Source: Diplonema japonicum (Eukaryota > Protista > Euglenozoa: Diplonemea). Taken from it: a stretch of DNA of 64,000 nucleotides. The notes under the pieces were generated by a model. It was not told the origin of the DNA, searched no databases, and saw only the letters and a program-made list of their open reading frames with translations. Shown here one piece after another: positions 56,000 to 64,000 of the stretch (within the stretch, counting starts at the first letter, position 1; each line of letters starts with the position of its first letter). The DNA lies in assembly GCA_964019335.1 (NCBI GenBank), contig OZ025731.1, forward strand, positions 1 through 64,000, read 5' to 3'. Both the position numbers and the translations under genes were made by a program.

Positions 56000-58888
56000 A
56001 TGTCGAGTTTGTACACAAAGCAAGGTGCAATGCACCCTGACCGAAGGGGGTTTGCAGTGTTGACGTTGAAATACAAACTTCAAAAAACCTGGAATGAGTA
56101 CATGATCACACAATGGGACAGGGGTGTACTAATATTTAGCATCATCAGCGCTGGTGTATATGTGGTCGAGACGTATCAAGACACATCAACTACCCCAATG
56201 TGGTCAAAGGTGGTGGAAGTCCTTGTAGCCAGCTTCTTCACCCTCGATTACGCAATCCGATGGTACTTAGCTGAATCCCGGTGCAAATTCACACTATATT
56301 TTGCTAGCATCCTGGACCTATTGTGTATTCTCCCTGTAATATTCATATTCGTTTTAGAAGAGGGCGGCAAGGCACAACAATTCATCTTCTTCTTGCAATT
56401 CCTCCGTGTCGTCCGGTTGATCCGAATCTTACGAGGCTACAGAGCCGTCTCAGTATCGAAACGCGGCGATCCAGACAATCTCAAAAAGCAAATGAACATA
56501 CTCATCTACACGCTCATGACGCTGATCTTTATAACGGCGGCGCTGCTGCACCTTGTAGAGAAGTACGCCAAGGTACCGTGGATGGACAACGAGGAGGGCA
56601 ATGCAGAGCTGCAATCCTTCCACGACGCCGTCTACTTTGTAGTTATCACTCTCACCACTGTGGGGTACGGGGACATCACTCCCAAGACAGTTGTAGGCAA
56701 AGCCTTAGTTATGATCTTCGTGACGGCCTCCGTCATCATCATCCCGAGGGAGACCGGGAAACTGTCCGAGCTCATGGCCGTCACATCTCAGTACGCAGGT
56801 ACCTTCACCCAAGAGGACGCTGCTCATGTTGTTGTGTGCGGACATGTTGATTTTTTGAATTTACGATCCTTCCTGATGGAGTTTTTCCACGAAGCGCATG
56901 GGTCACACCGGATGGTGGTGCTTGTCATGTCGCCATCGCCACCGTCCAAAACAGTGAAGCTGCTCTTTGGAGCCAACGGGTTGTACGGGAACCGTGTGCA
57001 GTATTTTGAAGGCTCTGCTCTCGATGAGTACGACCTGACTCGCCTCAAGTACGGGACTGCCTGCGCGGCGTTTTTTCTAACCGATAAACTCTCCACCGAC
57101 CCCCACCTCTCGGACTGCGAGACCATTATGCGTGTTCTCTCCGCCAAGAACCATTCCCCCAACGTGCCTGTTCTCGTGCAGATTTTGCTCCCCGAGAGCA
57201 AGGAACAGGGTATTGCAGCGGGTGCCGACTACATCGTGTGCTTGAGGGAGCTCAAGATGCACATTCTCGCGCGGTCCGGCATGGTGCCTGGTTTCTCGAC
57301 ACTCTTTTGCAACCTCTTTCGAAACGAGGACTTCGTGTTCGGCGAGCCGGGGCACTGGCTCTCTGAGTACTGCCACGGCATATCGTACGAGATCTACACC
57401 CTCACCTTCCCGAGTGCCTTCATAGATAAGCCTTTCTCGGACGTCGCGTACTTCATCTTCAAGGAGTGGGCGACACTGCTGTTCGGCGTGCAGCGTGCTG
57501 ACGACACAGGCGGCGTGACGCTGCTGCTGAACCCCATCGGCGAGGTGCCGTACTTTCTCTCACGGAACGACAGGGGTTTCCTGTTCGCAACCGACGCAAG
57601 CGTGCCTGACAAGATACAAGCTTACGAGGGCGACCTGCTGACAACAACACCGAAATATTGCGACTACGCAGAAGGGACGGGGCGGGAGAACTTCCACGAC
57701 GTGGTGACGCGGCCCGAGGCTGCCGACGAGCGGTGCAGACCCCACAGCAGGAGACGGTCGCACCGACGGTCCATGACTGCCATGATAAACATCTCCATAG
57801 ACGACGGGGGCAGCACGGCAGAGAAAACTCGCGACAATGTAAAGTCCGTGCCGCACCTCCCAAAACTGGTCCCGCTGATCCCCACAGAGAGCGATTGGAA
57901 GCGGTGGGGGCACGAGAGGGTCTTCGACACCGTGCCCACAGACATGACGGATCATATAATCATTGTGCTGCACAACACGGCAAACGTGCTGCACTTTGTG
58001 GCCCCGCTGCGTGTCGATGTGAAGTCCCCAAGCGTGCCCATAGTGGCGATGGTGCCGAGCATGCCGAGCGGTGACATCCTCCGCGCGGCAAGCAAGTACA
58101 GGGACGTCTACTTCTTCATAGGCTGCGGGAAGGAGCGGTCAGATTTCATCAGATGCGGTGTATCGCGATGCAGGGCAACCCTCATACTATTCAGCGGCAC
58201 TATAGGCGACACGCGGATCAGGTACCCTAGCGACTACGACGTGGGGGAGGACATGATGGCGGACTACGATGCGATCTCAACGATGACCTGCTTGGGGCAG
58301 TGCATCAAGGAGATGCAAAACCCACCCTTCACGTTGGTGGAGCTTGTGCACAAACAGAACACACGGTTCTTCCCACCAAAACACGACGATGCGTTGGGGA
58401 AGATCACAGAGGTGAACGACTACATCGTGCCTAGCTACGCGGCGGGGCGGGTGTACTCCGACACAGTGATGGACTCGCTGCTTTGCCAAGTTTTCTACAA
58501 CAGCGACTTGCTACGTGTGCTGAAGCTGTTTCTCCTGCCCCCGCATTCGGTTGTGGTGCCCGAGTCAGGTGTCTTCACAAGCAGTGCCTTCTACACTATG
58601 CACGTGTGGGACTGTCTTGTGGGAAGCACTTTCGGTACAGTGCTCAAGACCCTGCTTCTCGGGAATGACAAGATGCTCCCAGTGGGGCTACTCCGCTCGC
58701 CCGACAGGCTGCGCCAGGGCATCGTCAGCCCCGGTCCAGGCGGTGCCGCGCCTTATGTGTTTCTCTGTGCGCCCCTCGAGACCATCATAAGGCGGGACGA
58801 TATGATTTACGTCCTTGCTGACAAGGAGCCTAGGAACCCTGTTAAGTGCAAAATTAAGAGAAACCAATCGACACCCTCGTTCTTGTAG
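56000..58888 (+). CDS. BK/Slo-type calcium-activated potassium channel
   Basis: Six TM segments, S4 FLRVVRLIRILR, pore TTVGYGD, RCK domains (HVVVCG, PSYAAGRVY). Confidence 0.93.
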   Translation: MSSLYTKQGAMHPDRRGFAVLTLKYKLQKTWNEYMITQWDRGVLIFSIISAGVYVVETYQDTSTTPMWSKVVEVLVASFFTLDYAIRWYLAESRCKFTLYFASILDLLCILPVIFIFVLEEGGKAQQFIFFLQFLRVVRLIRILRGYRAVSVSKRGDPDNLKKQMNILIYTLMTLIFITAALLHLVEKYAKVPWMDNEEGNAELQSFHDAVYFVVITLTTVGYGDITPKTVVGKALVMIFVTASVIIIPRETGKLSELMAVTSQYAGTFTQEDAAHVVVCGHVDFLNLRSFLMEFFHEAHGSHRMVVLVMSPSPPSKTVKLLFGANGLYGNRVQYFEGSALDEYDLTRLKYGTACAAFFLTDKLSTDPHLSDCETIMRVLSAKNHSPNVPVLVQILLPESKEQGIAAGADYIVCLRELKMHILARSGMVPGFSTLFCNLFRNEDFVFGEPGHWLSEYCHGISYEIYTLTFPSAFIDKPFSDVAYFIFKEWATLLFGVQRADDTGGVTLLLNPIGEVPYFLSRNDRGFLFATDASVPDKIQAYEGDLLTTTPKYCDYAEGTGRENFHDVVTRPEAADERCRPHSRRRSHRRSMTAMINISIDDGGSTAEKTRDNVKSVPHLPKLVPLIPTESDWKRWGHERVFDTVPTDMTDHIIIVLHNTANVLHFVAPLRVDVKSPSVPIVAMVPSMPSGDILRAASKYRDVYFFIGCGKERSDFIRCGVSRCRATLILFSGTIGDTRIRYPSDYDVGEDMMADYDAISTMTCLGQCIKEMQNPPFTLVELVHKQNTRFFPPKHDDALGKITEVNDYIVPSYAAGRVYSDTVMDSLLCQVFYNSDLLRVLKLFLLPPHSVVVPESGVFTSSAFYTMHVWDCLVGSTFGTVLKTLLLGNDKMLPVGLLRSPDRLRQGIVSPGPGGAAPYVFLCAPLETIIRRDDMIYVLADKEPRNPVKCKIKRNQSTPSFL

Positions 58889-59289
58889 GTCGTGACTCTA
58901 AGGGCGAGGGGGGGAAAAAGAACAACATTAGAAAATATCACTTAAGGGGGCCAAATAAATCAAAAAAAAAAAAAAATAAAATAAGGAGTCACATGAACAT
59001 GGCACGACAGAGCCTGTGCATGATGTAACCTTTCCCCATGTGCACAGCATCTACGAACACTTTTTTTTTCCCCCCTTCAACCTCGGTTGGTGGGGAATGC
59101 ACATGGCACAGGGGGTGGCAAGGAGGGCTGAATTGTTGGCGTAAATCCCGAACATGCTGCTTCGCATCTGTTGAAAACATTCATCATGGATATTTAGTTT
59201 CTCTTTGGTTTACAATGAAAGTTTTTAAGATTTTGCTTGTTCACGAAGTTGTGACAAAAATAGCGAATTCACCAATTCAATCCATTTTT

Positions 59290-59434
59290 TTTTTGTTACA
59301 AATATTTATCTTTCAAAAAAATGATTTTATAACTATATGCAACTTGTGCCGAGCAAAAAACTTTCGCAGCTTTTTAAAAATCTTTTTTTTGCTCGCGAAC
59401 AACAAAGACATATAGTCATAAAGAATTATTTTTT
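59290..59434. repeat. Dispersed ~140-bp repeat, copy of 9362-9505
   Basis: Direct sequence match. Confidence 0.9.
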
Positions 59435-59642
59435 TTGAGCAAACTTTTATTATTTCCACAAAACTAAAAATATGTCCCCCCCCCGGCTTATTTTCTTTTA
59501 CAAGAAAAAAACCCCCCGAAAGTTGCCCCCCCCCCCCCCCCCCCTCTCTCTCTCTTCAACAGTGACTTTAATTTTTCTTTGTTTATTTCATTGCGACTAT
59601 GTATGACCTACGAAAAGAGGGAGTGCACGAGGGAGGGGAGGG

Positions 59643-59823
59643 ATGGGGAGGATTTTCCGGGCGTTCTTAGAGGCCCCATCTGTGTATGTGTGTAACACGT
59701 GTTCGGCACACGTGGTGAGTGGTGATGATGTAGTTTCAAAACAGTTTCAGGGGAGACACGGAAAGGCTTACTTGTTTGACAATGTTGTGAATATTACTTT
59801 GGGACCGATTGAGGAACGGGTGT

Positions 59824-59856
<33 letters not shown>

Positions 59857-60077
59857 CAAATTTAAAACCCCCAGCTCCTCCTTACTGGCGTCCACCAAGT
59901 TGCCGATTTCTTTTGTAATGGATGCGACAGTACTCTCGGGTGGAAATATGTATGTGAGGATTTAAGAAAAAAAAAAAAAAAAAAAAAAAAAAGGAACTGG
60001 CCCAAGAACCTTCTCAAAAGTACAAAGAAGGTAAATATATCATAGAGAAAGCAATGATTAAGAAATGCCAGCAGTGA
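59643..60077 (+). CDS. Yippee-like (YPEL) zinc-binding protein
   Basis: [47 protein letters not shown]|[12 protein letters not shown]. Introns 59820-59874 and 59950-59993. Confidence 0.92.
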
Positions 60078-60250
60078 CAAAAGAAAAGAAAAAAGAGAGG
60101 AAGAAAAAAAAAAGAAGAAAAAAAAAAAAACCTTTTTCACGGTTTCAAACAAAACTCTAACTTTTTTTAAGAAAAAAAAAATACACACCTGTGCCATAAC
60201 AGAAACCCCTCGTTCCTATTCCTTTCTTCAACTTTTTGTTTTCCCTCCCT

Positions 60251-60294
<44 letters not shown>

Positions 60295-60542
60295 ACCATC
60301 TTTCCCCCTTTTATTGAAACATTACCTTCTCGGATCGAGTAACTCAAAAAAAAAAAGAAATATGGAAACCAGTTTTGCAGATGGAAACTCACACAACAAG
60401 GCTGCCCTCAAAATGGGATTCTCTTTTTTTTTTTTTTTTTATATTTCTACTGAGTTTGTCTATCTATTTCTCTTCCCCTCCTAAGAAAAAAAAAAAGGTG
60501 TGTATGGGTGGGGAAGAGAAAAAATAAAAGAAGAAAAATATA

Positions 60543-60977
60543 ATGGTGTTTCCTTGGTCAGCCGCCCCTGTTTCAAGTGATGAGGTTTACAACAATCAGA
60601 AGGTGAGCGTGGCGAAGTGCGAGGGGGATCTCAGTTCATTTGAACATTTCTTGAAAATTGTGGATAAGTGCACCGAAAAATGCGGAGCGGGTTACTCAGT
60701 AAGGTGCACTCGGGGCGTGCCACCCAACACCTCACCGGCCAACCCGCCAAAGGGTTACTCTGCTGCGTCCGATCGAGAATGTAAGGGGCAGCAGTGGCTG
60801 CTGTCTCAAGGTGCATTCAAAGACACCGGCAACAACGGTGTGTCCTGCAATGTGTACGCCTATGGCATGCGAGACTGCACCCGAGACTGCATGTCCTTTG
60901 AAGCAGGTGCACTCGTGAGGCAAGGCGTTGACGTGTTCGGTCGGTCTGGCAGTCAACAATCCCGATCATTAGATTAA
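60543..60977 (+). CDS. Hypothetical small Cys-rich protein
   Basis: 144-aa ORF with coding-like composition between A/T tracts; no family recognised. Confidence 0.55.
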   Translation: MVFPWSAAPVSSDEVYNNQKVSVAKCEGDLSSFEHFLKIVDKCTEKCGAGYSVRCTRGVPPNTSPANPPKGYSAASDRECKGQQWLLSQGAFKDTGNNGVSCNVYAYGMRDCTRDCMSFEAGALVRQGVDVFGRSGSQQSRSLD

Positions 60978-61056
60978 ATATTTTCTTTTTTTTTTCCCCC
61001 CTCAAAAAAAAAAAAAAAAAATCCCCCTCCCTAGGTAAGGGGGTAAGTAAGGGTAA

Positions 61057-61554
61057 ATGCTGCCAACCCGCTCCCTCTTCTGCGTCTCGCACTCCTCCTT
61101 CACCCACCTTTCCCCCACCGATGCGGGCAAGCCCTCAATGGTGGACATCACCCGCAAGACGCCCACGATGCGAACAGCGATTGCAGAAGCTACATTAAAT
61201 AACGTCCCCCGGAAAAACCTAAAATACCTCGACAGGGCGAGGGAACTCATCTTATCGGGAAGCACCGCAGCGGCAGTGGGGACGTACAAGCTGATCCCCT
61301 TTTGCCACCCTTTGGACCCACTGCAGGTTACTACCGAACTGCAAGCCACCGACTCCGACTTGCTCATCACAGCCACAGTATCCACCAACGGGAAGACAGG
61401 TGTCGAGATGGAGGCACTTGCTGCGGTGAGCTACGCGGCACTGACCGCAATGCACCTTTTGAAAGCAGACGGCGTAAGTGGTGTGAGGCTGCGCCACAAG
61501 AGCGGCGGGAAGTCCGGCAGTGTCAACTACGATGAGAACGGACACCCTGTTTGA
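61057..61554 (+). CDS. moaC: MoaC-family protein (cyclic pyranopterin monophosphate synthase-like), divergent
   Basis: FTHL...MVDIT.K..T.RTAIAE, LIPFCHPL, GKTGVEMEAL, KSGGKSG. Confidence 0.85.
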   Translation: MLPTRSLFCVSHSSFTHLSPTDAGKPSMVDITRKTPTMRTAIAEATLNNVPRKNLKYLDRARELILSGSTAAAVGTYKLIPFCHPLDPLQVTTELQATDSDLLITATVSTNGKTGVEMEALAAVSYAALTAMHLLKADGVSGVRLRHKSGGKSGSVNYDENGHPV

Positions 61555-61610
61555 AATGAGCTTTTTTTTTTGTTTTGTTTTTCCCACTTTAAGCCCTACC
61601 TAGGAATGCG

Positions 61611-62372
61611 ATGGAAGCCCTCACCGACGAGTGGGTGTACCTCATGGGGAGGGAGGACAAGCTGCGGAGGAGTGTTGAGGCAGAGGAACTGTTCGAGTCG
61701 CACGAGGCATACCGCAGCGAGATAAGAGCATGGCAGGTCATCAACGCGAAGCAGGCACGCTACAACATCGAACAGTACAAAGCAGAACAGAGCGAGATCA
61801 GCAAGGCACACTTCATAGAGCCTGGTAAAGTACCAGAGCTAGCAGAGTGGTTGGAGAGGAGTCAGATAGGAGAGTCCATCATCGCGAGGAACAAGGCGGA
61901 GCGGGCCATGCGGAAGGGTGCGGAGGAAAGGGGCCGCATAAGCAGGCTTGGCAGCTCTATTATCAACTCTGACCAGATCCTGCTCAGGGATATCGCAGAC
62001 AAAGAACGGGAGAAACAGGTCGCAGCAGAGCTACGGAATACTGAGAAGGACTATGTCTCTGCTGTTCAAAAGAAACTCCAGAATCACCTCTACCAGGCAC
62101 AGGAAACCTACCTCGCATCGCAGTCCAGCGCCTCACCCACACCAGACTTGGAAGACATTGCGCTCGCCAAGCTGAGGAATCACATCGACTACCCTCTTAA
62201 AGAGATGGAGTTCCTCCTCAAGCAGCGCAGGACCACCCTGCAAAGAAAGCTAGCACGAAGGAAATCCCCTCCCATCGTGAAGAGCCTGCACGAGATCGTA
62301 TCCCTTTCGTACAAGAAAAGGGCTGAAGTGGAGAACGAAGAGGTAACGGCCTGGAGAGGTCTGTTTGGTTGA
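61611..62372 (+). CDS. Hypothetical coiled-coil protein
   Basis: 253-aa charged helical ORF, co-oriented with the cluster. Confidence 0.65.
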   Translation: MEALTDEWVYLMGREDKLRRSVEAEELFESHEAYRSEIRAWQVINAKQARYNIEQYKAEQSEISKAHFIEPGKVPELAEWLERSQIGESIIARNKAERAMRKGAEERGRISRLGSSIINSDQILLRDIADKEREKQVAAELRNTEKDYVSAVQKKLQNHLYQAQETYLASQSSASPTPDLEDIALAKLRNHIDYPLKEMEFLLKQRRTTLQRKLARRKSPPIVKSLHEIVSLSYKKRAEVENEEVTAWRGLFG

Positions 62373-62487
62373 GAAATAAAAAAAAAAAAAACGAAAAGTG
62401 TTTTCCAACACTAACTCCCCCTTTTTTTTTGCTTCGTTGTATTTTTTTTTTTTCTTTGCAATGTTGAGAGGAAGGGAGATAACAAAC

Positions 62488-62520
<33 letters not shown>

Positions 62521-62534
62521 GAGAAAAAAAAAAA

Positions 62535-63866
62535 ATGAGCTCACGGAACCTCATAATAGTAGCCTTGCTGGCAATACTGTTCTTCATGTTTTACACCCAG
62601 TTCGCGGAGGAGCTGCCGAGGGAGGAGGTTTTGGAGGAGAAGGCCGTGGTGCAGGTATTCGAGAAGGAATCGCTGACGGAAGAGCAAGCCAACTACCCAG
62701 CAACCCCCGACGCCTTGACAGGAGAACACATGTGGCAAAAAGCCGGGGAACTGGGCTGGCCCACGAAATGGGACGCACGACAGCACGCAACACACTTCAT
62801 CCTGGGCACACCGAAAGGTGGAACAACCTTCGTGGAGCGATGCTACAGCAGCGGTGCCCTATCTGGGGATGACCACCACCACCCGTACCCCAAAGCAGCT
62901 ATGAGATGGCCTGTAAAGTTCACCCCAGACGGAGAGCCTATGTATAAAAACCAAGGTTTCATCGGTGGGTGGGCATGGAACCGAACAGGCTACCGACGAT
63001 GGGACCTTGCAAAGGAATGGAGGATATATATCTCGTCAGGCACGGACGAGACAGCACCTAAGTACAAAAAATTATTCTCCTCGCTCCCACCTGTCGAGGA
63101 AGATTCGGGGAAGTGGAGCGTTCTTGACGCTACACCAACATATTTAATGAACCCGTGGGCTGCCGACAACGTGCATGCAGATCATCAACACAATCCGGGA
63201 AAGCTGCGGTTTGTCGTAACATGGAGGGAAGCGATGGCAAGGTCGTTCAGCCACTTCGTGATGATTGTTGGGAAGAAGAATCAACACGTCAAACCAGGTG
63301 CGTTCATGGCACGAATGCACTCCGAGATCAACCATTGGAACAAAACCGAAGGCTGCCATGTTCTTTTCGATCCAGCTACGTTGCTGGAGAATGCCGACAG
63401 CGACATCACCGTTTTGCGTGACGTCCTCAGAAAATGTTTCAAACCCAAGAGTTTCCTCGGGCACAGCCTCCCAGTTCTCGGCCTTCGTTACTGGCTGCAC
63501 CATTTCAAACCCGAGCAGTTCACCGTAATCAAAACAGAGGCGTTGAAAAACAGCGACCCTTTCTTCCTCGTCGGCATTCTGGAGAAGGCCTTCGGCTACC
63601 GCAGGTTAAAGCCAAAATGTTCTACACCAGCTGAACTGAAATCAGGTACCTGCAGCGGAGAGCTGTTTTACACAAGCGCTTTAGACAGATGCCGTGATAC
63701 CGGGGAACGCGCTGCGTCATATACAAAGAAAGCAGGTGCCCTTCATCTCGAAAGGGGAACTTCAGTGGAGAAAGCGCCGATCCACGCGCTGTTCAGGCTG
63801 TATCGTAAGGCCATGAGTGACCTCATTAAGAAGTACGACCTTGCCTTCGTGAACATCTCGAGTTAG
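62535..63866 (+). CDS. Type II membrane (Golgi-type) sulfotransferase
   Basis: N-terminal TM segment, 5'-PSB GTPKGGTT, DATPTY, 3'-PB REAMARSFS. Confidence 0.85.
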   Translation: MSSRNLIIVALLAILFFMFYTQFAEELPREEVLEEKAVVQVFEKESLTEEQANYPATPDALTGEHMWQKAGELGWPTKWDARQHATHFILGTPKGGTTFVERCYSSGALSGDDHHHPYPKAAMRWPVKFTPDGEPMYKNQGFIGGWAWNRTGYRRWDLAKEWRIYISSGTDETAPKYKKLFSSLPPVEEDSGKWSVLDATPTYLMNPWAADNVHADHQHNPGKLRFVVTWREAMARSFSHFVMIVGKKNQHVKPGAFMARMHSEINHWNKTEGCHVLFDPATLLENADSDITVLRDVLRKCFKPKSFLGHSLPVLGLRYWLHHFKPEQFTVIKTEALKNSDPFFLVGILEKAFGYRRLKPKCSTPAELKSGTCSGELFYTSALDRCRDTGERAASYTKKAGALHLERGTSVEKAPIHALFRLYRKAMSDLIKKYDLAFVNISS

Positions 63867-64000
63867 TTGTATTTTAAAAAAGGGGTAAAAAAAAAAAAAG
63901 AAAGAAAAAAAAAAAGGAAGAAAAGTGTGTCCTCCCCCTTCCACCCCCTCTTCGTTTTCTTTTTTAGTTGTCTAGAAGGGGGTGGGTAAGGTAGGAGAAA

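Overview
Eukaryotic genomic DNA, most likely a diplonemid (Euglenozoa). It contains a kinetoplastid/diplonemid-type spliced-leader (SL) exon at 9223-9260 (-). From 19.3 kb to the end, about 20 host genes all lie on the + strand, with tiny (35-45 nt) GT-AG introns. The first 19 kb is an accessory, transposon-rich block: a (GCGGGTTT)n array, a complete CRE/SLACS-clade non-LTR retrotransposon on the - strand, and nested, decayed hAT elements, one of them almost free of CpG. The main discovery is the retrotransposon. It sits directly behind an SL exon, and once two compensating 1-nt frameshifts are bridged it encodes one ~2390-aa polyprotein: AlkB-like 2OG-Fe(II) dioxygenase - zinc finger - OTU cysteine protease - zinc finger - RT - restriction-like endonuclease - a ~690-aa unknown C-terminus. 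A textbook -1 slippery heptamer lies at the AlkB junction. Other notable items: a T-tract-flanked APE-type LINE nested in a TIR element inside an IFT52 intron; a Y-shaped hairpin with a possible Crypton relic; a divergent alpha-tubulin cassette between two 934-bp direct repeats; and several apparent pseudo-enzymes. All calls were made by eye, without database searches.
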